Source: Octopus bimaculoides (Eukaryota). From it: 63,807 nt of DNA. Position numbers and translations under genes: made by a program. Where the stretch lies: the NCBI RefSeq assembly GCF_001194135.2, contig NC_068981.1, forward strand, positions 81,738,394 to 81,802,200, given 5' to 3'. The notes beneath the pieces were generated by a model. That model was given only the letters and a program-made list of their open reading frames with translations. It was not told where the DNA came from and did no database searches. Numbering within the stretch: the first letter of the stretch is position 1; each line of letters opens with the position of its first letter. This document shows, one piece after another, positions 25,066 through 38,700 of this stretch.

Positions 25066-25107
25066 GATTTTCTCAGTGAATTAGTGTGACTGAGTATTCC
25101 ACAGCCA
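25066..25107. repeat. Right arm of the perfect 42-bp inverted repeat
   Basis: gattttctcagtgaattagtgtgactgagtattccacagcca. Confidence 0.95.
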
Positions 25108-25777
25108 ATGAAGGGTGACAGAGGGTACCCGTAAGAGTTTAATTTCATTTAAGAGATTGAAAATATATCATGAAAACTGGGGGAATAGGTGAAGATATAG
25201 AAGAACAGTAAAGGAAAGATATATGAGGAAGGAGAAATAGAGGCAGATTTAGAAGAGGACAATAAAACAAAAAAAAAGAAAGAAAGAAAAAGAGGTGAAG
25301 ATGAACAACCGAAACTATGGGCTTTACTTAAAACTGTCAGAAGATAGTTCACTGGAAAAGAATGGTAGTCTATTGTAGATATAAGGCATTCAACTCCAGA
25401 AGTCATAATATCTATTCTGGAAACAATGACATCACTTAAACCAGAATTAAGTACCTTTCCCTCAATCTCTCTCCCACACATATTTGAATACTGTTCAAGC
25501 ACTTTTAATACAAATCCATTTAACACATTAGATTAAAATAAAAATCTCATAAAATGAAAGACAAGATTTCAGTTGGTCAAAGCCATATTAATATGTCTGT
25601 AGTTCAGTCAAACTTTCTTTCACTACCCAAAGTGTGGTCATATAAATATGATTTATGCTTATGACCGTCTATTGCATTGATTGATTTAACTTATAAATGC
25701 AGTGATGGCTCATATCTATGGATTTACTCCAGAATAAAATTTTGTATGGAAAATAAACACTGCTTACACATCAGTAA

Positions 25778-26430
25778 TACAAGGGAGTATCCAAAAGAAT
25801 CTGGAATTTTGCAATATAATTTTATTCATTTAGTTTTACATGTTTACACTTTTATCGCCTCCCAAGTATTCTCTATTTGAAGCAGTGCATCAGTCCAGAT
25901 GCATTTCCCACTGTTCGGAACAGTTCTGGAACCCTTGTGAAACGATGCCTTTTAATGCCTCCATTGCTTTTTTGCTTCACCCCTTCCACATCAGCAAATT
26001 CCATATCATCAGCTTTCGTCATCAGTGATGACCTTTGAAAAAGGTCTTGATCAACTTTCAACTGTTCTTTCAGTTCATGACATGCATTCAATTGTGATTG
26101 CTTTTGATTTTCTGTGAGCAAGCGAGGCACAAATTTTGGTCAGTTCATGAATTTTCATGATGTTTGATGGTTGTTCCTCAAGTGACAAGTGACCATTCCT
26201 AAAGTGTGAAAACCACTTGTAAACTTGTGTTTTGCTCATGGCAATGGCCTTGTAAGCTGTTTGAAGCATGACAACTGTTTCAGCCATTGTTTTCCCCAGC
26301 AGAAAACAGAATTTCACAGAAGCATGCTGTTCCTTCATTTCAGCCATTGCAAAACAAAGATACCCTACATGGTAGTATGACCTCACTGGACAACACTGGT
26401 TGGCAGACTGATGCCAGAGGGTCGCATCAA
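25778..26430 (-). mobile_element. Internally deleted mariner element
   Basis: MAEMKEQHASVKFCFLLGKTMAETVVMLQTAY...VYKWFSHFRNG and PRLLTENQKQ (N-terminal HTH region). TIR-like TA-CAAGGGAGTATCCAAAAG at 25778. Confidence 0.75.
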
Positions 26431-26649
26431 GTGGCTTTTAGCAGCAGAAGCCTACAATTCATCACAAACATACACATGTACACACGATATATTAACATTA
26501 CACTTTAATGGAAATACTCAGTATTTCCATGACGACATGAAAGGCATCTGGCTATAAAATGTGTTAAAAAACACTGACATGCTTTCAGCACATGAAAGAA
26601 ATAGAAACACACAGATGAATTTATTGTGTTTATTATCTCAATATCTATC

Positions 26650-27150
26650 TATCTATGACTTCAGAATCTCCTGCAACTCTTCTGGACAGTCTTCTTAAGT
26701 TGGTGAATGCTGCCATAATCCTTACCTTCAGTTCATCTTTGGTGTTACAAGGAGTTTTGTTGGTCTCTCACTCAACTGTGCTCCACACATAATAATCAAG
26801 GGGGTCACAGTCTGGGGAGTAAGGTGGCCAGATTTTAGGGGTGGTGTGGTTGCAGAAATTGCCTGACAACATGATTGGGTTCTCCTGCTAGTGCAGCACT
26901 ACCTCCTCTAGGCACTTGATGTAGGTCTCTGTGTTGAGTCTGAGGCTGTGTGGGAAGGTGAATGGAGGCATAACGTTACCATCACTAGTGCTCACTCCAA
27001 ACACCTTAATGCTGACTGGATGTTTGATTTTCATCACTCTATGTACATGTCTTTAGACTGACACCCAAACACTCTGAAATGTTCATACTGCAGCTTCTGG
27101 CACAAATGCCAAGCAGTACAGTGCGTCGTTTCCAAATTTCTGGCTGAGTG
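26650..27150 (-). mobile_element. maT-type transposase C-terminal remnant (a second subfamily)
   Basis: WPPYSPDCDPLDYYVWSTVE*ETNKTPCNTKDELKVRIMAAF. Confidence 0.75.
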
Positions 27151-28098
27151 AATTGTGTCATGGTGCTGTTTTTCTTACAGATGGTGCCCAACTGACCCTA
27201 CTATACCATGTAGTCAACACAATCCAAAACAAATAATGCACATGCACAAAATTAAAAATATAAAAAGGTGACAATTTACCCATTGCACCTTTTCTATATA
27301 ACTAAATGAATGACTGACGAACAAGATTTGCATAATCACCTTCATTAACACATACACACATATAATGATGCATGTGTGTGCATATAACATCTGTTTTATT
27401 ACAGTGACAGCATAGGATGGGTGAGTACTTATTTGAAGCACAGTTTTATAGCCAGATACCATTATTGTCAAGAAACCAATACCTGTTTTTTCCAAGTAAA
27501 GGTTCTTTCTTATTCCACAAATCTCTTAAAGTGTAGAGCGACTGGCCATAATGTCAACAAGGCAAGTAAATATCATCACCATTTCACTAAAACATTGAAA
27601 ATATAAGATACCAACATTCAAGTACATTCATACACACACACAGACAATGGGTCTCCTATAGTTTCCAGCTACCAAATTCATTTACAAGGCACTGGCTGGT
27701 CCTATTATAGGTGACACATACTTAAGCTACTACACAGCGGGACCAAACATAAAAGCACTTGGTTCTTAACCACACAAACATGTCTACACACACATGTATA
27801 TGTACATTCACACAGATCTAAATGTACATCTGACAGTTATGAACAAGAGTATAAAGGTTAGGGTTAGTGGTCATTAATCCTTCAGCATAGCTTCAATAAA
27901 TCCATGGCCGAAACACCTAAATATCAAAGGTTTAATCCATCTGCCATGAGAATATGTTTTACAGAAAAGTACTGTAAGCAGTAGCAGTGATCAGTGCTTC
28001 ATTAGCCTGTGGTCATAAGTTAAACTTCAACCATACATTAACAGGCACACATGTTTATATATATCTTTATAATATTAAAATAACATTAATATCATTAT

Positions 28099-28499
28099 AG
28101 GTGTAGGAGTGGCTGTGTGGTATGTAGCTTGCTTACCAACCACATGGCTCCGGGTTCAGTCCCACCGCATGGCACCTTGGGCAAGTGTCTTCTACTATAG
28201 CCTCGGGCCGACCAAAGCCTTGTGAGTGGATTTGGTAGACGGAAACTGAAAGAAGCCCGTTGTATATATGTATATATATATATATGTATGTGTGTGTATA
28301 TGTTTGTCCCACCAACATCGCTTGACAACCAATGCTGGTGTGTTAACGTCCCCGTAACTTAGCGGTTCGGCAAAAGAGACCGATAGAATAAGTACTAGGC
28401 TTACAAAGAATAAGTCCTGGGGGGTGATTTGCTCGACTAAAGGCGGTACTCCAGCATAGCCACAGTCAAATGACTGAAACAAGTAAAAGAGCAAAAGAG
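28099..28499 (+). mobile_element. SINE family B, full length
   Basis: A-box-like TGGCTGTGTGG, B-box-like GGTTCAGTCCC, internal (TA/TG)n, and a gtaaaagag-type tail. Homologous to 60939-61314. Confidence 0.9.
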
Positions 28500-28540
28500 T
28501 ATCCAACGACAACAAAGCACCATATAGGTAGAATTATAAA

Positions 28541-29127
28541 TATATAAAGCAGGTGTACAGAAAGTACAATCATTGCTAGAAATAGTAACAGTTTACAGCG
28601 CTATGTTGAGCTTCACTGAATATTTACAGGCAGAGATGTGTGCAAGTGTGAATATAAGAAAATTCTTAACTCTATGGAGAGGAATAAAGGATAACTCAAT
28701 ACTGCAGTTTTAAACTCTCCAGATCAGATGCGTGAACACGAATCAGATTGGTTACCATGGATGACCAATTTTTAAAATACCCACTACATCACTGCCTGCT
28801 TACTTGGCTGATAGCCCCAGTCATAACCAGAATCAAGATCAGAGATGTAGTGGCTATCTTAAAATTTGGTCTTCCACAGTAGACTCAACTGACAATAACC
28901 AATCAAATTTTTGCTCACACACAAGATCTGGAGAGTTTGAAACTGCAGTATTCAGTTACCCTTTATTCTTCTAACTGTTTCCATAGAGGTAAGACAGGAT
29001 TTTCCTATATTCACAGCCCACACACATTGCTGCCTGTAAATATTCAGTGAAGCTCTACATAGCGTTGTAAACTTACCCGCTGATATTTCTAGCAATGATT
29101 GTGCTTCATGTACACCTGCTTTATATA
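28541..29127. mobile_element. Foldback (fully palindromic) element of about 590 bp in a TA context
   Basis: Arms 28541-28794 and 28840-29127 are imperfect reverse complements along their whole length, around a 45-nt loop. Confidence 0.85.
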
Positions 29128-32100
29128 TATATATATATATATATNNNNNNNNNNNNNNNNNNNNNNNNNNNNNNNNNNNNNNNNNNNNNNNNNNNNNNNN
29201 NNNNNNNNNNNNNNNNNNNNNNNNNNNNNNNNNNNNNNNNNNNNNNNNNNNNNNNNNNNNNNNNNNNNNNNNNNNNNNNNNNNNNNNNNNNNNNNNNNNN
29301 NNNNNNNNNNNNNNNNNNNNNNNNNNNNNNNNNNNNNNNNNNNNNNNNNNNNNNNNNNNNNNNNNNNNNNNNNNNNNNNNNNNNNNNNNNNNNNNNNNNN
29401 NNNNNNNNNNNNNNNNNNNNNNNNNNNNNNNNNNNNNNNNNNNNNNNNNNNNNNNNNNNNNNNNNNNNNNNNNNNNNNNNNNNNNNNNNNNNNNNNNNNN
29501 NNNNNNNNNNNNNNNNNNNNNNNNNNNNNNNNNNNNNNNNNNNNNNNNNNNNNNNNNNNNNNNNNNNNNNNNNNNNNNNNNNNNNNNNNNNNNNNNNNNN
29601 NNNNGGGTGAAAGTGTTAACAAGAACAGACAGTGACAACAAGACAGTAAAAGACAGTAAAAACAAGACAGAACAGTGAAAACAAACGGTAAGGGCTGTTA
29701 GGCCAGGACGATAGAAAAATTATTATTTTGAACGCTAGTTAGATGTGAATGAGAGACAAAAAAATCACGTCTTCTCTATAGGAAGGCAGGAAATAGAAAG
29801 AAAGAATCCCTTTCGTCACATCATGTGTCAGCGACAAGAGGGTCAAGGAGGAGGAGTGAGAGAGAGAGGGAACGGTGAAAGGAAGAGAAGAATAGGGGAG
29901 GGTTGGGAGAGAAAAGCAGAAAGGATGAAGAACAAGAGATAGAGAGAGAGATAGACAGGGAAGTAATAGTAGTAGAGTGTGCAGTAGTAATTATTAAGAT
30001 AAAACTTACTTGGAGACAGTGCGTGGCGTTCGATCATATAATAACATAAATAATATATAATTATATGCATATATCCATACATATATGTACATACCTACAT
30101 CTATATGTATACATACATGCATATATGGGTACAGGACATCACAAAAAACGTTAAACACAGATGGCATGGTTTGGATGAGTTTTCTTGATGCAGTATTCTA
30201 GTGCTTGACTCTTCTCTTGGCAACAAGTCCTTACTTGTTTTCACATGTTAAACTGCTGAGGCACAAGACCATTTTTGCTTACGCAGTGTCAATAACCAAG
30301 ACACTTGGAAAGAAAGAAACACTCACACCCACATTTATATGTGACAAGTTTCCATATAGTTTCTGTCTACCTAATTTCACTCATAAGGCATCTGTCAACC
30401 TGAGGATATAGTAGCAGGCATTCACCCAAGGTATCACACAGTCACATATCACCCAGAACCATAAGGTTACAAGGTCAGCTTCTCACACACACAGAGATAT
30501 ATATGTAATACTGGTTTCAACAGTAACATATCACTTTCTGCGAGTGTCAGGTCAACCAAACAACAGTGATGCAATAAGTTGCTAAATAACACTGGCCAAA
30601 TTATAAGAGCAAGAAAGAACAGAAGGGAGTTTTCAACAGGGTAGGATGTTGTTTAAGGAATGTACATAAATGACTTAACATTGATAAAGTGCTTCTGGAT
30701 TGTGAAAAAGGAATCATGTTGAAAAGAAAATGAAATCAGAAATACAATTTACTTATCAATTAATGGTTATATATTACTATGTGATTAATTATACAAAGAT
30801 TACATCAGAATTAGGGTCCTAATTTTCTCTCCTAGTCTCTTCCCCTTCCAGTGCACAGTAACAACAATGCATAGAAAAAAATCAACGAAGTAACAACAAT
30901 TCATAGAAAAAAAATTCTATATAATCACTTGACATAATACAACAATCACATTTCCTAGAACACTCCTCGTACATGTGAAGTAGCATCTGTACCATAAGGA
31001 GGATGTGATACAACAGGGAAGTAAGTATTGACACTGAATGCATTGTTCTTGCATCAGCTTTTATAATTTAAGTCTGTTCAAAGAGATCTAATGAGAAGAT
31101 ACTCAACATCAACAAAATAAAAATGTTGAAAAGCAAAGCAAAAGCAGGGCAAGGTGACAAAATGAGGTTATATTTTATCATGAACAAAAACATTAAAAAA
31201 CAATGAAGGGAGAGGTGGGTAGCAGCTGAGAGCAAAGTTATGAACACAACAGTCAGAATACTGCCAACATACCAGGGCTAATCATAGATTGCATGCATAG
31301 CATGCTTGCATTCTCAAACACTTAAAATGCAACATTAAGTGCCACAGACACCTACAGAATAAACAAGTGAATCATTAAAATTACTGAGACATCCTAAATT
31401 TGTTTCATTCTGAAAGTGAAAAGTTCCAATATATTTTAATTCTCCAGTTCTATGTTTAAATTAATAATTCTTATAATCACATTGTTTAAGAATGGCAAAC
31501 TGACAGAAACTGTAAAGTATCAGATTAAATACCCTTCACACTCAACTCATGTCCTTTTGATGTTGACTTCACATTTCACTCATGATAATTTGATAAAATA
31601 AGATACTGTAACTGATTCAGCTGATACATCTTCTCTACAAAATATAGATTTATGACTTGTAAGAAGAAGCCATTATTATATTTTAATTAATTCCTCAATT
31701 CCAAAAATGTTCACTTCAGGGAGAAATAATAAATAAAAGTTTTAGAAATTGTGTCCCTTTGCTCTTTTAACCAAAATTAGTTATTGAAATAATCATTATT
31801 CTCATCACTAAAGATGTAATTTTAATTAGTTAAAATTTATTGATTTAGTACATTAAATATGCTGGTACTCACTTTACTACTGAGTTTTCATACTGAAAGT
31901 ATCCCTATTTTTTCTTTTCTCTTTTTTACATAAACATTACTTTTTATTACTATGTCCCTCAGAATTCATTCACAAAGACAAAAAGAGAACGAAACAATAA
32001 CAACAACAACAACAAACATCCCTAAGGACTATACTTCGCTGATAAGATCAGCTCAGACTGAAACATGCCTGGAGTTGACACTGAACTGTTAAAGATCATT

Positions 32101-32399
32101 CTCACACCTTATTCTACAGAGGGAGAGAGATAAAACTCATTGTCTACTGCATTCCGTATTCAAAGATTAGTCTTATTTTCCTAATTTCAAGGTTGACCCT
32201 ACTAACCATTTTTTTCCTGTTTTCTTTTCTTAAAGAATTAGGCACTTAGATAATTTAGACATTAGCAATAATAAATATTTTATTGTCTCTCGATGAATGG
32301 AAGCCAAAGTAAATACTGACGAAATATGAACCCAGAATTAGCAATAATTCAGTGGAAAAGAAAATAGTCTGACTTTGCTCATGTTCTGCCTCACTGGAA

Positions 32400-32800
32400 G
32401 TGTCAGACAATACTAAAGAAGGTGCCTCAGTCTTGCAATTAGTTGAAGTAATGTTGAGATTGCTTTGGATTGTCTCAGAATCTCAGAATACTTCTGGGAA
32501 AAAATGAATGGCTGAAGAGTGTGCGTATCTCTATTTTGATTATTTACAGTCATGAGACTAGAATGTTGTTGGAAAGAATCATAAGACAGATTCTTCAAGC
32601 TGAACCAATGAGCAGGAGACCTATGAGCAGACCAACAGTGAGAAGATTGAATAATTGCTATAGTCTCAGTTGGTCACACTTAATGAGTACAGCTGAAAAG
32701 GCTAATGATGGTTGCCTGTGATAGGATCTTATGGAGGTGGGTGTCTGAGGATTTTCCCCCATGACCCTCCCAGGAATAGTGGTCAGAGAAGATGGACGGG
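32400..32800 (+). mobile_element. Decayed RTE-clade LINE 3' end
   Basis: RIIRQILQAEPMSRRPMSRPTVRRLNNCYSLSWSHL resembles the G.RP.GRP..RW motif. Confidence 0.55.
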
Positions 32801-33421
32801 TGGATATTTATGAATAAAAAGCAGTGTATTCAGAGGAGAAACATCATCCAGCATTTTGAGAGAAGCTCTTCTTTGCATAGATCTTCCAGTCTCAGCATAT
32901 CTTAACAGATCATGGCTAATCTTATTCAAATTCACTGATTACATTTAATCTGATATTCCATTGTTTCTGCCAACTTGCCTCTCTTGGTATCTATTATTAA
33001 AACTCCCAGAAAGTTGAAAGGTGTTTGTTGGTTTTAACAGGATTAAGACCACAGCTACATCATTGAAACTTATTTTGAACAAGAATTGTTGATGATGCAT
33101 GTGATTTTGAATGGAGTAGAATTAAAACAGTGAAATATTAATAAGTCTTTAATAAAAATATGAAATATATTCAACTGAACCTCTGATAAACATAACTGCA
33201 TAAGTACACATGCTTTGATCATGAAAGTTTAATTGGAGTGTATGTATTAGTACTTTAGCTATAAATGTGCAGTGTTTGGCACGGAGATAGGATTTAACTA
33301 GAGAGATATTTTATAACAAGAAGAGTTAAAATGGCAAAATCAACTTACCAAATATTGACAGCATTTAAACATATTAAAAAAAAAATACTACATCAATACA
33401 TGTTTTAAAATGGGTAACATC

Positions 33422-33457
<36 letters not shown>

Positions 33458-34052
33458 ATTTGAATTGCATTTATCATCTTGTACATATTTCATTCAATGC
33501 ACATAGGAAAGTGGATAATACTCCCTTCTTTATGAACCTATTGGACTCTTAGAATGATGGTCACAAAACTGGGATGAGCTCCAGTCTAATGAGGCGAATG
33601 ATCTTGTAATACTTAAAATGCACATACATATTTGTATACATGTGTGTGTGTGTGTGTGCGTGTTTGCACGTGTATACATTTGTAAAAAGTGGATTGAGTT
33701 CTCACAGACTTTCACATATTTTCTGTTATTTTGTTCTATACAAGCTGCATTAATTATGGTTTCTGCAAGCAGGGAGGACAAGGATCTTAGTTTCCTTGCT
33801 TTTGGTTTCTTTCATCATGTTCCATTCTTTGCATCAACCTTCTTCATATTTTATTTACTCACTGTCCAGTGTCCTTGTTTCTAAAATATATATAACCCAT
33901 AAACAGAGTCTGGAAGATTGCTTGGAGATACATGGTATATTTTATAATTATGCCTAATTAAAAGTCTCATGAAAGCATGAAACTATTTGTAGCTCTTTTG
34001 GTTGTGTATTAAATTGAAATACATTTATTGCGCGCGCGTGCATGCACACACA

Positions 34053-34205
34053 TGAGGGGGTGCTGAAAAGTTCCTGGCTTTAAGGGTATTGCAAAAGGTC
34101 TGATTGGAAGCCCAGCCTTCAGAGTTCTTTTACAGGGCTTAGAAAAACTGACGGATCGCTGCAATAAGTGTGTGAATCTGAGAGGAAAATATGTAGAATA
34201 AAGTC
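34053..34205 (+). mobile_element. mariner deletion derivative
   Basis: TIR-like gagggggtgctgaaaagttcc followed directly by the C-terminal GLEKLTDRCNKCVNLRGKYVE*. Confidence 0.65.
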
Positions 34206-34244
34206 ATAATTATCTGATTCTCCTGTATTTTCTTTTACCTAAAG

Positions 34245-34305
<61 letters not shown>

Positions 34306-34899
34306 ATGCATATATCTATATCTATCTATATATATATATATATATATATATGCATGCACNNNNNNNNNNNNNNNNNNNNNNNNNNTATATATATATATAT
34401 ATATATATATATGCATGCACACATTTTATATATCATCAATTAACATGCAAAGTGGCCGAGTACTACACAGATGAGTAATTCTCAGGTAGAATCAGAACAG
34501 CACTATTGAATTAGTGGCACAATCTGACAGGTTTCTAAACAGTTTCCATTTATCCATTTTCATTCACACAGTTTGGGTTGACCAGATGCCATGTTAAATG
34601 TGCTGTGATAAGGAAATAATACCACTTTCTCTTCAACTATACTGTCTAACCGCAAGTAGAGAAAATTAATAAAAATAAAAAAAAATAATTGTTTGACTTG
34701 CCTATATGATAGCTCAGAAGCCAAAAATGGGTGTCACAGAGTTTAGTGAAATAACAAAGGAGTAATATTATAAATGTGAGAAACATAAACAAATAATGGA
34801 ACATTACGCATAAGAAATATAAAAGAAAACACATAGTACAGTGTATCATGAGGTACATAGAAAAAAAGTTGTAAAAACATGGAACAAAATAGGTGTTAT

Positions 34900-35770
34900 G
34901 TGAAAAGGGAGTAACAGTTTAATATGGGGGTTGTATATGGAAAAGGAGTGTTGTGTTAAATATGGTGTAAGAATAAAAAGGAGTATCGTAATTTTAGAAA
35001 TGGGTAGCATGACACAAAAAAGAACATCACTATGTTAAACATAGGGGGCATATAAAGAAATGGTGCATCGTTATGATTTTAAAACAAGCTGCATGTCAAA
35101 AAGGAGTATTGCTGTTTGAAAAATGAAGTGTGTGACAAAGAAAACCAGTATGTTTAAATAAGGGTGGGCATATAAAAAGTGGAGAGTTATTATTTGAAAA
35201 TGGCTGGCATGTCAAAAAAGGACTATCACTATTTCAAAAACATGATATAACACAAAGGAGTAGCCTATTTTTAAAATGGGTGGCATTACAAAGAAGATCA
35301 TCATTATTTTTAAAATAGTTGACATAACACACAATATCACTATTTGAAAAACAGTTGACATAAGGAGTATAGCTACTTTAAAAAAAGGTGGCATAACAGA
35401 GTATCATTATTTTAAAAATGGGTGGCATAACAAGAAGGAGTACCACTATTTTTAAAACAGGTGACTTAACAAGGACTATTGTTATTTTAAAAACAGGTGG
35501 CATAACAAGGAGTATCGCTATTTTCAAAACAGGTAGCATAACAAAAAAGGAGTATCATGATTTTAAAAAATTCGTGGCATCATAAAGAGGAATATCATTA
35601 TTTTAGAATGGGATACATGAGAAAAAGGAGTATCGCTATTTTTAAAATGGGATACATGACAAAAAGGTGTGTCAATATTAAAACAGGAGACATAACAAAA
35701 AGGGAGCAAAACTGTTTTAAAAACAAAAACAAAAAGATATGTTACAATTTTAAAAACGGGCGACATGATG
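34900..35770. repeat. Degenerate minisatellite, unit about 36-40 bp, about 20 copies
   Basis: Consensus near ggagtatcgctatttttaaaa(c/t)(a/g)ggtggcataacaa(aaa). Confidence 0.85.
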
Positions 35771-38700
35771 CAAAAGAATATCAGCATGTTAAATATAGGT
35801 AACATATAAATAAAAAAATGTGTATCACAAAATTAAATATGAGTAACACAATGATATCTGTCAGTAATACATAAAGATGCAATGCAACAGTGTTAAATAT
35901 AGACAAAATAGAGAAAAATGAGCCTACACTTTTGTGTGTTACAAATGAGCAAAAAGCAAAAGCTAGGATCATTTTGGTGGTTGATATAGGTAAAGATAAG
36001 TGTTACAAATACCAACAAATATCATCATATTACATTCAGGTAATAAAGATAAAAAATAATTTAGAGGATCATTAACATTAGACTATTTTAATTACAAAAA
36101 AAATTGATATCATGAAAATCTTGTCTTAATGTGGCATTCTGTAACATGAAACTTATTTTCCCATCAATTTCAAGTTGTAAAACATGGCAAGATTTCCAGG
36201 AACACAATACTTCTGTTATGAAGGTGATAACCATAACAACAAATATGACCGGTTATTGTGATACATACCATTTATACAGTGTTATATTAATATTACAACA
36301 GATATCACAATCATAATGCTATGTAAACAGTAAAACAAATGAGTTCTGCCATGAGCCTAAGTCCCAAAGTTTTATGAAAGAGTTGCTGTTGTTTATATTG
36401 ACAACAGAACTTGGTTAGTATTTATTTTATTGATGCAGAAGGAAGGAAAAGAAAATATAGCAGAGCTTGGTAGGATTTTTGAACTTCATAAGTGTTATGT
36501 CTCAAGCTACTGCTATCTAGCACCTTTGGATGATCTCTACTCAACCGCTACATAACTGCTACTCGACAGCTACTCAACACTCCTACCACAGCCAGACTAC
36601 CTCTATTTATATGTCTTGGGAGATCCTACTTATTTGCCTGGGGGCATCGACACAACAATAAGTAAAATATGGGATGCAACTAAACACTGATGGTATTTAA
36701 TGTGATGCTTTATCAATTCAACCAATCCAACTTGCCATACACAGAACAGTAATAGAGAAACATGTTAAATTATAGATATTGTCTATTTGACAGGTTTTCA
36801 ATACAGTTTAAACTCAGTCTGATTTCCAATGGTTGGGTTAAACAGAAGATTTGGTAGAAGAAACTTAAGATACTTGCCTCAAATGCCTCATAAATGTCAA
36901 GTAAACTCCTCAACCATTTGACCATGCCGGTTCATGACATCTTATGTACTAACCATATTTCAGTAGGTAGGTTGACACTCATTATATTGAAGTCTTATTT
37001 ATACAAATGGTCAATGGCAGAAATTTTGAAGAGGAAGTAGAATCTATTAGATTAACCACAATACAGAACAAATACTTATTTCAGTACAGTCCAGAAAATG
37101 AGCAGCAAGGAAAAATTTGGAAGGATTTGATTTCCAAGATGTAAAGAGACCAAATACTACAAGGCATATACTGTGGCATTCTCCATTTCAGTCATTCTTG
37201 TCCTAATAATGCCAATGATAGTTATTGAAAAATTTGATTAAGTTGGGAAACGATGTCCACTGGGCAATATGTTGACACTTCAATGTGAAAATGAATTTTT
37301 AAAAATGGTATAATTTCGAGTTATAATCACACACCAAACAGCATATGGCAACATGTTGGGCACAATCACTAGGACATACTTTGTCTAGACTGAACAGGAG
37401 ATCAAGGCAAATAGTTCAGATGTAATAATCAAAAGTTTGAATGAAAATGTTTGGAATTTGGAATTTTATAACCATTTTGATCTCTTTTGATCAAAAACAC
37501 TGCTTGAAAGGCGAAGAAACTTCTGAAGTACATGCTTCTTGACATTTAAATCAACATGCTGAGCATGGGAGTGAAAACACCATCCTATAATAACTGGAGT
37601 ACTTAGTAAGATAAAAAAAATATGAATATTTACTTGAGCTCACAATATCACAGTCCAAAAGATAGCTCTGAAAGGCGTAGCCTATATCCTATGCAAAACA
37701 TTCTCAATTCAATAACACAAACAATACATTCTCTGTACACAATACATGCACATTACAATAACTACTCAATAAGATAATACAAATCATATACTGCATACAT
37801 TGTAATTGCTAGGAAAAAATATAATACATCTCAGATGCTACACAATCAACACCTACTAATATAACAGAACACACCATCAGTTCACTCGTTGAACATCAGT
37901 TTTTTTTTCTCTATGTTGGACAAGGAGTCATTTGAAGCAGGGTTTTTGGAACTGGATGTTCTTCCTCTTACCAACCCTTACTTGGATTTTTCATTCCAGA
38001 CGTCTTTGAAAGTACGGAGTGATTTGTCATGATGTCATCAAGTAAAGTCAATATCATCTTCAGACAGTATATATGAAATACGAACTCCATACAGCAAAAT
38101 AGCACAGTTCACATTGTACATATTCTACACAACATATGAAAAGCTAAAATAACACCAGAAACATCAAACTGAATACAACAACAAAGTAATATGTGTACAA
38201 ACAACTATATCTCCATGCACATCAGGAACACAGAGGTGCACTTGGTTACGTAGTAGAAACTCATATAAGACTTGAAAACTGATGAAAGTAATAAAAGAAA
38301 AAAACACAAGCAAGTAATTATAAAGAGAGGTTTATTTTGAACAAAGTATATTTTAAAAAAATGTAAGTACAACATTAGTGGTATTATATAATTAATTAAT
38401 TCAGTTGTTTTGTTCTGGTTATTAGGTATTAATTTATTATTATATGTGTGCATATAAAAGTGCTTGTGTCTATATGTTATGACTACACATAACACATGTA
38501 AAAGAAAGTATAAGTGTTACATAAAAAATATTAAAGAGCATATTAATTTGCTTCTCTGAAGAAAGGAAAAGGCAGTGTGCATATTTTTATTTAGTTAAAC
38601 TAACTTGGTGGAAGAGTTAACCAAGGAAATTATATAAGGGTAATGCTCAATTAATTACATGCAGTTTAGTTGTTAAAAGGAAACTATGGTGTAACAAGGG

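Noticed and set aside
25149-25526. 125-aa minus-strand ORF as an extra exon
   Set aside because: It has no recognisable motif and no convincing phase-compatible splice sites, and it ends in low-complexity F/S sequence.
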